Origin: Balanoglossus misakiensis
Taxonomy: Eukaryota > Animalia > Hemichordata
Direction: 5' to 3'
Assembly: GCA_040954595.2 (NCBI GenBank)
Contig: CM082594.2
Location: 6,964,840 to 7,028,839, forward strand
DNA: 64,000 bases
Shown: positions 1 to 13,700 of the stretch, one piece after another
Layout: each line of letters opens with the position of its first letter
Position numbering within the stretch: position 1 is the first letter of the stretch
The notes under the pieces: model-generated
Seen by the model: the letters and a program-made list of their open reading frames with translations, nothing else
Told to the model about the DNA's origin: nothing
Databases searched by the model: none
Made by a program: the position numbers and the translations under genes

Positions 1-63
1 TTACCCAACATGATTTGTCATATTTTCTAGTCGCTACGAGGCAGTTAGTTTAATAACCCAGAT

Positions 64-69
64 TTTATT
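64..69 (-). terminator. Candidate polyadenylation signal of gene A
   Basis: AATAAA on the minus strand (plus TTTATT) about 720 nt after the stop at 789. Confidence 0.35.
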
Positions 70-788
70 CCATAATAAAAAAAAGAAGAAATGATGACAA
101 ATCAGGCAAAAACCGTATGTGAAATTAAATGGAAATTCATCTATTAGTGATACGGTACTTATCTATTCCACAACTGACACAGCGTTTTCGACAAATTACA
201 GATGTGGTTTGTTCAATGCAGTAATAACCTCTCTTAGACCACGCTTATGCTGTTAGGCTTTTCGTGAGCTGTGTAACGCTGGTCGTGCAAAATTAAATTG
301 ACTCTATGCGTAGTATCAGCATTTATGAAATGTCCTACTGTGTATAGTCAGAGAGAGAGAGGCAGTTATCACCCAATGATCGGGATTTTCAAAAGAAAAG
401 GGCAATCTGATCATTATGGTTGAAAATCAACAGAAAATTGGATTAAAGCTGTTGAAAGGGCGCCACCGAGAGCTTTCAAATCCGTAAGATGTGCACCGGA
501 TAAACTGAGCGACTGTTTAAGGGAACATCGCTCATTAGAGGTGAATGTTGACAGGCACCAAGTCGGTGTAATTTGCCTCTTCAATGGTTGGTAACACATC
601 TTCAAAAACGCTTAACTGCGGCAACGCGAAAAGTTGAGTCAATTTGGGGTGGCTGAAAAGTGTGCGAGTCTAATTTACTTCCAGTCCGGGGGAAAACGAG
701 ATGACAAAAATAAAAACTACAGTGTCGTGTTTGAGGGGCAAACGGCAAAAAACCTAGAAGACACTATTGCAAGCTGATGTGTGACGCG

Positions 789-937
789 TTAAAAGTTCTT
801 CAACATTGCTTCCTGGGAGTTTTCTTCGCCTGAATCCAGGGTGTAAGGCGGCGCTTGAAGATCGGCGAGTCTCTCGGCAACCATCCGGGCCACAGCTATT
901 TTAAAGAACTTTTCCCATGCCGATTTTTCTGAAACGT
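789..937 (-). CDS. Gene A, last coding exon (C-terminal pro-region DVSEKSAWEKFFKIAVARMVAERLADLQAPPYTLDSGEENSQEAMLKNF*)
   Basis: Acceptor TTTCCTGTTGTGTTACTTTGCAG|AC (AG at 939-938). Read in phase 1 to match the 7297 donor, it is open for 149 nt to TAA at 791-789 and encodes a protein-like amphipathic helix plus acidic tail. The join to the 7297 exon (about 6.36 kb intron) is inferred from phase and from the parallel with gene B. Confidence 0.75.
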
Positions 938-3900
938 CTGCAAAGTAACACAACAGGAAATCTAGTTGTAAGATCTTGTCACCATGAATTAAAAAACAAT
1001 GTCACGAAAGCCAGAATTCGTTTCCGTGGCAACTACAACTAATTCGCACAGGCTCAGCGGTAAGGGTAAAGACATGTACACAAATGTTCGCGCGTAATAT
1101 GTGTTATCGACTAATTTTGCTTTTGAAGATTGCGCGATCACGGGCGAAACCTTTCGTGTCGGAGACGAAAACAGCATCGCACTTTTAATTGTCGGCCACG
1201 CCAACTTATACAGATTATGTTTTTACACTCTCAGAATAAGCTTCGGCGCCAGTTTCCTGTTGAGCCCATCCGAATGATCATTGAACAGTAAATAGAAAAA
1301 ACATCTCGCGGTTTGTCATCATTCCCCGCAAATTATCGTCCTATTAACTAGACCTAAATTTCTCACCCGGCGTTACCCACTAGGATCTAACACAGTCACA
1401 ACGGCTTAATTTGGCTTGATCGATCGGCCAATCCGACACTGAATCTGATGCCAGCAATCACCGCCGGCAAAGTCAGTTTGGATAAGTAAAATAATTCTAA
1501 CTCTGATTCCAATCCTAGCTTCTGTAAAGTCCGCAGACCATTGCTCTCCTCTCTACTCCACTCTTTGGGGTGAGCGTCCCGCCGGTAAAATTTAACAAAA
1601 TCGGAAACGGATGTGTCGACTGGCAATATATCAATTTTGGTCAATATTTATACCATCGTACTTTTCGCTCAAAGGAAGCGTGCAGTAAATGTGTCGTTAC
1701 AAGTGAATGTTTCTTTGAATGTCAAGAAAGAGTTCCTTGGATACCCGATGTGTGAATGGTTTCTCGGCGCTGATAACACTCTTTCGAGTTTCAATTAATC
1801 AAATGCGGGACAGCATCAGGAAATATATCAAAACCAGAAAACACTATGCACATATTATTTTTATGCATCAAATATTGTTAAAGAAGGTGAACGGTCCATT
1901 TTAATACTGCCTGAATATCCTGCAATAAGAAAGTGTGGATTGGATCAATAAATTATACATAATTAAGCTCTGTTGCTAATGACTGCAGTTCGTAGTGATA
2001 TGCAAATAAGCAAAAGTCAGCAATAAAATATTCTACTTAGTGTGGCGTTATGTCCAAACTGTGTTTTCCTTGAAAATTATTTCACAACGTGTTCATATTG
2101 ATTTTGGATACTTTAAAGACTTTTAAAGTACCAAGTCACATGATGTGGCGAACGTGTGTTTTGGTTCAGGGTGTCCGCCTGTATAGAATAAAATTGTTTA
2201 TGAGATATTGTCACATTTCTGAACACTCATTAGCCATGGTGATTATTCTCATGTCGAGAACAGACTCTTGTGAAGTTTGCCGACCTGTTGATTATTTTAA
2301 CAGACACCGTTAAACAGCGGGTGACACATTTTGCATGTCGGTAGCTGTACCTGCCATAACTTTAGAGCGCGACGTGATTTTAACATTATCTTACAAATGA
2401 TCTGCAGTGTTGTCAACCTATGAAGGCATGAATATTTAACAAATTTTGGTCTGTTTTGTGATCTTAAGGTATGAAAGATTTTCTGACTTAAAGATATTTT
2501 TTCGTAATGGTATGGCTCTTCCATGAAACATCGATTCAGACAATCTTAACTTTAAAGGTAATTCATGTACCAGTACAGGTACTGCAAGAACGATAAATTG
2601 TAACATTGAAAAACCTTTGTACCGCCTAAGTGACATATAAGAACCCTCAATATTCAAATTTTCTTTCTTTTGAAATGGCATTTTCAATCCCAGAAAGGAG
2701 ATACATGTCAACATTTTATTATTACGCGTTAAAACCTTTTCATTTCGCACTTACATTGACGGTGTTCCTCTTATCTCTGATAATTTGGAGTGTTGATGAT
2801 ATAGGTTTATCTCTATGGTGACATATTTTGACGGGTTTTGGGCTATTCTCGAACTAAAACACACAAACTAGTTTTGTAATAGCTTGTCATATCTGCATTC
2901 AAATGAATGACCTGGCACCATGTTATTACTCGCAAATATCGTTCTTTCAACACGAACCGTAAATCTCAGTTTTCATAAAATGGCGGTTCCTTTCTCAATT
3001 GTTCCCTGTCAATGATTTCATCACACAGTTTTATCATCGATTTTTGTATTACAATTTCCTGAATGTCAAATGATAATTTTGGAAGCGTTCTGTTTAAGGT
3101 TTTACAATCACCTGAGAGTGTTTTATTGATTGTCAACTTTCAATCAGCCTTGTTTTGGCGCTATAAAATATCACATCATTACAATACGTCCTCATTAAAC
3201 GATTTTGAATAGTTGCACACACACACAACGTGCCACCATGAACTCAATTTTGTCAGACCTCACTCCTATCTTCTTGATCTTTGAGATAAGCTCTCTTAAA
3301 TAGATATGACTGGCTGAGAAAATGAATGAATGAATAAATGATTGAATGAAAAGGTTAGAGAAATGTATAGTAATATATAGGCTGATCGCGAAAAATGTCT
3401 TGTGTTATTGCAGCCTTTAGGGAGATGGGACATGACGTTATGATTTTAAGATTTTATAGTTTGCTCATCTCAACGCACCCATATTGGAAATTGATTGTCA
3501 TTTCAGCACAATTTTATAGAACCAGCGTTGCCAGGCAACATTCTGTAAGCGTTCCACTGCGCCCAGGGATATCTAAAAGGAAATAGCAATGGCATGCGTG
3601 ATAAAAAAAAAACATGGATTGAATTTAGCGCTATTACCAACGCCTTTTCTTTGTAAAATTGCACGGCCTGTGGGAGTTTGTTTGGATCATATTGATAATT
3701 ATCATATCTACGAAAGATCATAAGATCAATATAGCCTTGACAATATCTGTCATATCTCGTCCACATCTAAAATTGACGTCCACCCCTTTGAATTTACGTA
3801 ATGTGATTTTTCTCGCCATTTCCACATTCCGACAGCTGGTATAGCAATATGTTGAGGTCTCAGATTTGTACGAGCAAAGCTGTAATTGTTTCAGATGGAC

Positions 3901-4550
3901 TTGATAATAGCATTCATTATTCAATGTTAAAAATGTAGAACGCTGTGATGTAATAAAATATGGAATATCCAAAACTGAATGAATCATTTTAACGAAAAGC
4001 CCATTTTCCCTTAACAATGAATTATGCTGTGATATTCAGAAGATACCCAAAAGGAACTAAATGCAGAAGCCATTAAATTAGACCCTCAAACAACGGGCCT
4101 CTCGGGTGCATTAAGGCAAAGTATGGGCGCGTACGATTTGAGTGCCAACGGGGGAATACCCTGAAAATGCCAAGACCCACAGAACAGCTTGCATGAATGT
4201 TATCTCTGAGACCTAAGCTCGTCTGTTCAGGTAGATCTAGAAAACATACTAGATGAAGATACGGTGCCTTGCAAATTGTGATAACGGTTATTTCAGCGTA
4301 TTCAATTGAGTTATTTCCGACCCAAATCGTCCGATAAAGTGTCTGTGTGTCAGTCTGCTATCACTCATGATACAGTCGACTTCAAAGCGCATCGTTTTGA
4401 CAAAAAGTGGATATTTCCCCAATGAATACAAGCCATGTCGTATTTAAGAAACTTGTTGAACGATACGAATGTACACAGAGACAAAGTTATGATACACATA
4501 TACATGGGTAATACGTACACAAACATATAGACAGATATGTGGATAAAGGA

Positions 4551-4606
4551 TACATACATACATACATACATACATACATACATACATACATACATACATA
4601 CATACA

Positions 4607-4636
<30 letters not shown>
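4551..4636. repeat. (TACA)n microsatellite in gene A intron 2
   Basis: Perfect TACA array; it explains the MYVCMYVC pseudo-ORFs. Confidence 0.97.
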
Positions 4637-4637
<1 letters not shown>

Positions 4638-5725
4638 GAAATTGAATTCAACGAAAATATAAACTGTTTTAGGTTGGAGGGAAACGATATCAGATTACTG
4701 TATATTTAAAATGTCTCCCTGTCGAATATTGACTTCGTACCGTATTATTAATGATTTGCCAATGGTTCAATTTGTCGCGACTGCTTTTTTACTCGCAAGT
4801 AACCTCTTGAGGCAGTGACTAAAGAAAATTACATTTGACAAGATCCGATAGGAGACTATGTTTGGCTACTGAATCAAACATTTAAATGCTTGACAATGGT
4901 CTGATAACACAGGGAAAATGAGCTGGTTATCTTTTCTCAGCTATTATCACTGTTCCTGTACTTTTTTTGTTAAATGAAGCGCTCATGCTTATCCCGCTGG
5001 GTTTTAATAGATGTCCACTGTGTTCCCGTTTAAATTGAATCCAAAACCAGTAATTTGATCGTAAGTGCCAGTTATTAAATGTGAAAAGAGTAGAAATGAC
5101 ACCGTTGCGTAAATTATCGCTTCCGCTGACGCCGAACTTCATTTTCTTCAAATGCCACTATGAATTTTACGACAGCATTTAAAAAAAAAGAAAATCTCTG
5201 ATTGCTTTATTCTATTTTGTTACAGATACCAATCAAATCAATATAACACATTCTATTGATCTAATTCAGCACATTCCACAAAGCACAGTATTTTATGGCA
5301 TTTCTTCATTTAAACATTCTAAAATTCTAGTAGTATGTAGATCACAATTTTACTGAAAAGCTAGTGTCACTATTGGGTCAGCCACCAACCGTAGCCGGGC
5401 AATAACCATGTCAACAATAAGACAGTTTAGTGTTGCTTGAGTGTCGGTTTCAATTTCAAGAAATGTGAACACACCGCGACATCCTGTTGAGCGTTGAAAT
5501 TAAAGAAGTAATCACAGAGAGGCGATCGCCTATTCCCTTTTGATTGACCCATCATTTATTTCATTAGATAACCTTTGCCATGGTGATAAGTAAACCGCGA
5601 AGAAATTTGATATTTCTGATCACAGCTCATTGATTGTCTACCCATTAATGTTGATGTGAATGGAGTTCCGTCAATATATGGTAAAGTGAGACTAATAAAA
5701 CTTAATAAGGGTGTAATATTTCCTA

Positions 5726-6021
<296 letters not shown>

Positions 6022-7296
6022 TTAACAAAGAATATACTTAGGATTTCATTATCTGGAGCATGTGATAGCTAGCTGCCAGTTTAATTTTCATAATAGTCTC
6101 ATAAAGACTAGGCTTCGATCTTCCATGAATGGAATGATTTGAAAGACTTAATGTTTTGTAGAATCTCCACAAATTCAAAATGGTGTCTGTCGACTTAGTA
6201 ATATGTCATGAATTGAAGTATTTTTTCGACGAAAACTATGCAGAAAGTGGCAACAAATCTGAATAAATTGTTGGTAAGCGTTGATTTAGTCCAGTCACGT
6301 CTATTTCCTCTGTTTTCCTAAATTTATCATGGTATATCAAGTCTTCATAAACAGCCTGATCTTCTAATAAGTAACGTGACCTCCGATATGAATGTCCATC
6401 ATTCAAGTATTGACGTTTAATTTGGCAAATATTCCCAAGTTCAGGAACTGCGCTTCCTGTTCTTTCCATGGTGCATTGAACGTTAACTGGTCGTCTGCGT
6501 TTTTACTACCCTGTGATTTTAATCTCTTTCATTATACTGCCGCCCGAATCTCATCGTTTGTTCCTGATCATAAACTTATTGGTCGGAAAATGAAATGAGC
6601 GGCAAAGCGATTAACCTTCGGGTTTAGGCAGATCTTTGTGAAAGATTGGGTTTTATGAATTTGTGTGTCAAAAGAAAAAAAAATCGTCATGAGTGAATGT
6701 CAGATTTATTAAGCGACGTCCCTGTTCCCAGCACGTTAACTGGTCCCATAATCCACATTGACTGCATAATTGCCTTTTACGTTCCTTGTAATCATCTCAA
6801 AACAAACATTTTATAATACCGTTGTAATTTTTCATTTTCTCCCGAGACCATCTCTCACTGTGTTTGGGAACTTGTCTTTATGCCTGGTTGGTATGCACAT
6901 TAAAAGCAAATATCACTGAATATTAAAAATTGAAATGCCAGTATATTTTGCTTTATAATATCGTTTCAAGTAATACAGCACATTTATTACGTTTCCAATG
7001 CAAATATCTTGTATAATTATCTACATTTGTATCATGAACTATAGGTTTATGGCGCTCTAGTATGGAAATTCCCTGGTGAAATAATTGCATGTACAAGACA
7101 TTTTGTTTGACAATGACATGAAGACATTTACATGTCTCTTTGACGGCGTATAAAAAGAATAAGCGCCAACATGACGAAACGAACGGTGAATTGATTATCA
7201 AGAGCGCGAGACGGCAGTCGCGATCAGCAAATCTCTCCACACACACTTCAGTTCAGCCGCGGAACAAGCGGCAAGTACTCTGAAGCGATCGCTTAC

Positions 7297-7438
7297 CTGT
7301 CTTTTCTGCAGGTGCGCGTTTATATCCGGGTTTCCTGCCGCAGTACTCTGACCAGAAATCAAGACACGGGAGCCCACAATGCGAAACAGCCACTAGGGAC
7401 AGAAAGAGGAATAGTATAAACACTGCTTTGCTTTCCAT
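7297..7438 (-). CDS. Gene A, first coding exon: signal peptide + Cys-x7-Cys peptide GLPCLDFWSEYCGRKPGY + KR site (putative neuropeptide precursor)
   Basis: MESKAVFILFLFLSLVAVSHC has a basic n-region, a hydrophobic core and small residues at -3/-1, and is followed by a two-Cys peptide and KR. The acceptor is strong (long T run + GCAG, AG at 7484-7483; exon starts 7482, 44 nt before ATG). The donor is ACAG|GTAAGC (GT at 7296-7295) after 47 codons + 1 nt, so phase 1. Confidence 0.85.
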
Positions 7439-8069
7439 TATGAAGGTTTAATGATGGCGGCTATCGGCCCGTCGGAGGCAATCTGCAAAAAAAAAAAGAA
7501 CGCGGTTTTAATAGAATTCATTAAAAATCAATCACCTTAATATTGCTGCATTGATACCGGTTGATGCCTTCTCGGCACACTGTCAATGGTGATGCACGCA
7601 AGTTAAATTTCCAGACCGTCGGTTTTATTCTTAGCTACCTTAATCACAGTCAGGCTCTTAGTCTGCATGTGCAGTGAAGTACGCATCTCAGAAATGATCA
7701 TGTTCTTTAATGAATAAAACTGTTTCCTTGATTGTACTTCCTTTGCAACGGTTTTATTTCAATGGAGATATCACTTTACGTTACTATCAGCAAGATCTGG
7801 GAATGAAGGAGACAGCAAATGCTAGCATGTTTTGTGCTCCTTTTACACTCCTTTTCATGTCACCACGGACCAACATGTACCAGTATAAATGCCATCTGAA
7901 ACCAGATATTACTGCAGTGTGCATTTATAAAGTAATTTTTGTAGAAACTCGATTACGGATAAAAGAACCAAGAAAACCCATTTTTAAACATTATTGAAAT
8001 TCGAGAAATAGCTTCTGGTGCTAACATTTTATGGAAAAAAGTGAAACAGGATGAGGTGGGATCACTTAC

Positions 8070-8172
8070 CTCTCTTTTTTGACAAGTGGTTTTTTGTACT
8101 TCGTACTTCACACAGTATCCGCGTCTGGAAAGCAGCACTGGTTCAACTAAACTAATCTGCTTGTTTCAGCGT
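8070..8172 (-). other. Gene A, putative non-coding exon 1 (5' end approximate)
   Basis: Starts about 30 nt downstream of TATATAAA (8201-8194) and ends at the consensus donor GAG|GTAAGT (GT at 8069-8068). A 587-nt intron leads to the strong acceptor at 7483. Confidence 0.65.
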
Positions 8173-8193
8173 GGACCCTCTAGCTACTTACGC

Positions 8194-8370
8194 TTTATAT
8201 ATATGCGCACAGCGGAGAGGTACGGCAGAGAGACGCAGAGTCCTAAATGATGCGTGGGTAAAAGTCCCGTTTCCGCTAATATGTTTGTGTTGTGAGTCAG
8301 CACTCAGCCGACTTCCCATTGGCTGAGACGGCATTTCCTCACGCCTCGATGGGGAGTATTGGGTAATTGG
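8194..8370 (-). promoter_or_regulatory. Gene A core/proximal promoter: TATA box, AP-1 site, CCAAT boxes
   Basis: Minus-strand TATATAAA at 8201-8194, TGAGTCA (AP-1/TRE) at 8293-8299, and CCAAT (plus-strand ATTGG) at 8318-8322, 8358-8362 and 8366-8370, in a locally GC-richer segment. Confidence 0.6.
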
Positions 8371-10632
8371 CTAGGAGCTGCAAATAGGATGGCCGAGTGG
8401 CCGGCAGACATGAGCGTGCATTATTTCCTGCTAATACCATGATGATGATTATGATGTATGGAATTTAATATAAGTGGCATTTCTTTTTTTTTGTTGAAAA
8501 TTTATTTTATGCTGGCAAGTGCATGAGCAATTTCGACATAAATTTAGATAAGACACAGATGTGTATTTCGCACATCAGCGCACAAACTCAAATCCACGAC
8601 CGAAGAAAATACTGTTTTTCGACAATATTTCAAGTCAACAAATTTATTAAAAACGCGCATGGACTACCCACCATGTTTTGTTGTTCTTTGTGTTCTTTGA
8701 TGTATCCAACAGACCATGGTACTTCCTTCGCTGCCTCTACACACACCTACGCTTTCGGAATCTTCCTCTGACGTAGTTCTAATTGCCCTTAGCAACGTCA
8801 AAATCAGCCTGGAATCTACGTATCAACTGTAGTAGTTGCCCTAAGCATTAACAATTTCAATTGTTAAATTTGTTATTTTTTCAGTAAACAGAGTTTAAAG
8901 GCATTATCTTTTTTCAAGAGACGAGAGACCCTTGCAAGTTGCATCTTACATTTAAAGCGAGCTCCGGGACTCTCCCGCAGTTGTACGCCAAATGGGTACA
9001 CATACGTAACGAATATCGCCGACCGGACTATAAATTGACTTGTTTGCTGTTCAAATCAGTGCAATTAATTCCATTCGTAGACTGCTCCTAACGTTTCAAT
9101 CGTATAATCAATAAAATGAAGATTCTGTTAAAATTCCCCCTTAAAATATCCGCGTATAAATCGATATTGTATGAACTGCTGTGACGGAATGTAATTTTTA
9201 AAGGAAAGTGGCAACTGCCGGTGAATTGTCACTGACTTTGGATTTTTCAGTCTCCTGAGATTGCCACTTGCCACGTGATTGTTACCACGGATGGATGTTC
9301 TCTTGGAACAAGGTGACATTTCATGTGTGCGTGAATGTCGGACTGTGCCGGGATAAAAGCACACAAATGCCCTGACTCGTAAATATTTTACGACAATCAT
9401 ATTGCATCGCTGGATCGTACCTTGACCGTCAAATCTGCTGACGTTAAGGCCACTGGATTCGAAATTGTTCACTTTTCAATTCGAGGAGTTGCGCTTTCAG
9501 TAACCCGCGTGGAACCCGTCTCTTGGAAAGCGTCTGTCTCTCATCCTATTGTCCCCCCCAAGCGTCTGGAATAAAATTTGTTACCCGATCGTGAGTGTCT
9601 CCGAAGAACTCGATTTTATCTGAGCCAATAAACTGTTGTCACTATGCTGGTTCAATCAATAAACAGGAAAGCTAAGGAGAAAAATCAATGTGCAACGAAA
9701 ATTCCTGTGGCTACAATAATATTACCAGGCAATTTCTCACTAGTGAACATATGCATACATGTACATGTATCGCTGAACTGACAATATGGGCGTCCCAACC
9801 TTCACCGCGGATCGATTTACGCATGCGCCGCAGATACCACAAAAGTGGCCATTCAATGGAAGCAAAGAGTATAGTATATATGAAGACGATTAAAGGCTTG
9901 TCTGTCATATCATTAATGTAGATGTGTTCTAGCTCAAGCGTATTAACGTTTAGGTATCAAAAGTTCACAGTTTATTGTGACAGGATGTCTGAATGGGAGT
10001 TTGTCACAGAAGTTAAAATGTGGACATCAAAAGTTGTCATTCCTGCAGTGAATACTTATGTATAAAAATACAAGTACAGTAGCAACCTGACATTGTTTCA
10101 TTTGGAAGTCACCAATATGTTTACCTTGTGTTTCCAGTAAATGGCGGCCCGTTTGTGCGGGGAGAACGAATCTAAATGATTGATTAAGAACCTTAAAGGG
10201 GACAAGTGGCACGCCCTTTCTTTGGTAACCCGATATTTCGAGATTCGCGCTTTATAATGACCCAAACCGCATGGAAAATCGACTCCAAACAATGCAAAGT
10301 TGATTCATCAATTCCATTAGTTTGAACACACACTTGAAGTCATATTTGCAAAGAAAGTAAACGTCGGATGATTTGCTTCAACTTTTTCCGTGGATTTACT
10401 CAAATATATGCTTTATATACAAAGGTACTTGCTTAGTATCCCCCCTGCTGCCTGTGTCAAGGCTGAAAATGAGCCTCCCATTTATAAACATCATTCAACA
10501 CTAAAGCGCACGTCTGCTAATATTTGACTAATCTCATGTGTCGCGGGAACAGCGGAAAGTGGATATGACATGCACCTTTTTGAACATGAGCGCACTAATG
10601 ATGGCCACCGTCACGTTTACAAAGAGAACAAC

Positions 10633-10712
<80 letters not shown>

Positions 10713-10747
10713 GTCTGTCTATCTGCCTATCTATCTATCTGTCTATC
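10633..10747. repeat. (TCTA)n microsatellite with degenerate TCTG tail
   Basis: Direct reading; it explains the IYLSIYLS pseudo-ORFs. Confidence 0.96.
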
Positions 10748-13700
10748 CACCCGTCCATGTGAGACGACATAAAGAACCTGACAAGCCCCACTGTATGTGA
10801 ACATGTGCGCACGTCAGCCTACATGTACTATATTATATTGTGTAACGTTTACAAAAAATAAATTCCAATTGTTATGCCTGAATCAGAATTCACCAGGCAT
10901 TATTTAATTCATGTCGGAGCAGTTTTAAGGCTTGAACCTGCTTCGTCACCATTTAGAGGAAAACTGACTTTTGCCGTTTCCTTTATCCTCAGTGGGGACC
11001 ATGTATAGCTTCACATCACTACTGACTATACAGCAGACAACTTCTAACCAACTATTATCATATTGAATGGTGTTTCCCTATGGGCCTAAATGCTTTGAAA
11101 TTTCTTAATTCGAAATGATGGAAATGTATGGAAGTTATTAATTAGAAATGGCTGATGGTGGCGTTTTGAATGATAAAGTCCAATTTCTTTAGGTGCTACA
11201 AATCCGACATCATGTCTCGGTTGCAACAGTTCTAAATTGTATAAATAATCATTATTGTATCGTGCCGTTAAATTAATGATGAAATATAGGTTCTTTATAC
11301 TCTGGTTAATATGTGATAAGGTCCATAATTATGACGTGTATTTGCTTCAAAGTTTTTGTAGTTTATACATCGATGGCTTCTGGATGGTCGATCGCAGTAT
11401 TTGACAGCAGGCAAACAACTGCGCATGTGCAGTACTCAGGGATGCCCACCCACTGTGTCACACAGCGACTGTCAACTTTGTTACAGAAGGGCCACTCATC
11501 TTTACCCAGAATGGGAAAACATTAATTAAAGAGTTTACATTGTTGAAAGTGACCTCCATTTCTACCCGAGAATTATTTCCGGTCCTCAAACACAGCAGAA
11601 TCAAAGGGAATACAGTAATGGATTCCATACTGGATTCAAATGTTCCTTATATCGTACAATCCACCACTGGATTATCGCAGGATAGTGAAAAAATCCATCA
11701 TTAATTATTGCTGGGATTCTGCTGGATGCTATGCGAATCCATGAAAATCCGTTTTGGATTTAGGACTTTTCGCACAAACAAATATTTCTGCGTGATTCGG
11801 GTCATGTGACACCCAATGAAACGGATAGTGGATTCTGAGAGGTAAATTGGTTTTAATGGTCCCACAGCACTTTCTTCTAATTATATTCGCAAAATGTAGT
11901 TTAAACAACTAATGTCCATAACGTGCGCTTAAAATACTGTCGCGATACAATTTGTGGCCTTTGTCACACGCAAACACTGCTGTATGACGTGAGTGACCAC
12001 GTCATCTGGTCGACACTACGTAAAACGACGCACGTATTTTCACAATTCTGTTTCCAAAATTACGGAAGGAAGCTCATAAGTGTAGGTCCATGTTTGTGTT
12101 CCTCGCCTATTCAATCAAAATCGCCCCATTGTCTGAATATAGCTGGTATAACGACTCCATAACCAGGTCGGTTGTCATGCAGAACTATAAACACAAAAAG
12201 TCCAGTCTTGCTAATACTTTCTACCAGCCTGAGGGAAGTCTCACCCTTCGTACTTACAGTTGTATGGTGGTATGAGACAACGTTGGGGCTTCAAGAGGCC
12301 ACACTGGTTAAATTCCTGTGTACTGACTGACAGTCTGATAATATGCTCGTTTAAAGTTTGTTTAATATTGCTTCAATATTACCATTATGCGCCTATTTGT
12401 TAGAAAACATGAATTTATAAGACTTTATTGAAGTATAGCATTTCATACAGGCATGATAACACCTCTTGACATATGTCTACTAACAACTCCAATAGAAATG
12501 TAAAATATGTTTTGCTAAGTCAGAGGAAGGCAGTATCACTGGTGTGCTATTGAAAGCCTTAAAATACAATAATAAATTATTCAGGCCAATGTTCCAGGTT
12601 TCTGACCCATTTATGTAAATACAAGAGGTCAAGTGGCTGGTGGCATTTTAACTCATGTACATTTCAACAATCTGAGATGATTATTATCAAGACTCGAATG
12701 TATCCTGTCTATACTTATGTGTCGTGCCTTTTGTTTAACACTAAAACGTCGAGTTTAATGCCACCATTTAAGGAATTAACGTCAGTGTACTGTGCGTTAT
12801 TAATGTTCACATTTTTAAAGGAAATTAAATGTCTGTTGTCGGTTTGCACAGTGTAGCGAATGACGGCAATGCAAACCTGAAAACGCATTGAATGGATATA
12901 GTTTAAAGTTTCCGTTTCCTCGACTAATAGCATCAGGCAATTTCCCCGAGTCAAAGACAGATGCCATGAAGCCATTGAATCCTGGGAAGTATTACTTCAA
13001 ATCGAAAAAGCAAGAATTATTATAATATAAAAAAAAACCCAGAGGGTATTTCAATACCGTTTTTGTTGTTCATGCACATTACTTTTGCAAGCACCCCCCC
13101 CCCTCCCGTGTTCAGTGTTCAGAAAGTAGAAATCACGACATGATTATTTGCCCTCGATTCTCAAATCTGTAAATGCATTGTCAATGCAACTCCAAGTACT
13201 TAGTTCAGGTTAATTGCTCGGTACGGCATGCACTTTATAGTGAAATATATTTATAGCAGTAAATGGCAGAACTACATATTGGAAAGCGAAGTACGGGCCT
13301 CGTCGATAGAGGTTTCTCAACAATGTAGTGGGCTTCATTTTATCATAAAATTAATAGTACTTATTCTGCGTTATTGTGGATGGTCATGGTGTGTAATTAT
13401 GGCATACTTGATGTTCAGCAATGGTAAGACTCTTCCTCAGGGTAAATAATGGCCGCCAAATGCATACGTTAAGTCAATTGCAGTGTATATTTATAGCGTA
13501 TATTCACAAAACACGGTCACATATACGAGGTTTTGTGTTTGTGTGTGATTGGACAAGTGAAGACAGATTAATTATAACATTTACATTGAATTCTCAAAAG
13601 CAAATAGCTGAAGAAACATTTAAGGATACTTCACAACCACAAGTGGCAGTTTGTCCTCTCGAAAATACTAATATTTTAGTTAAACACACTGTGTTCTTTG

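Noticed and set aside
535-652. Exon-like frame HPKLTQLFALPQLSVFEDVLPTIEE...*, and a possible hAT-transposase-like 'SNERCS' motif in the 414-605 ORF
   Set aside because: It lies in the inferred 3'UTR of gene A, has no compatible upstream donor, and no other transposase motifs are present.
4365-4635. ORFs with MYVC repeats (and similar IYLS, SVCL, RERE ORFs at 10.5, 33.2 and 51.6 kb)
   Set aside because: These are translations of microsatellites.
6236-6469. 77-aa ORF MERTGSAV... as a continuation of gene A
   Set aside because: There is an in-frame stop just upstream and no convincing acceptor. The 937-789 exon fits far better.
6519-6563. Minus-strand EQTMRFGR... (RFamide-like) after an AG inside gene A intron 2
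   Set aside because: It needs phase 0 while the upstream donor is phase 1, the polypyrimidine tract is weak, and there is no upstream cleavage site. Likely chance.
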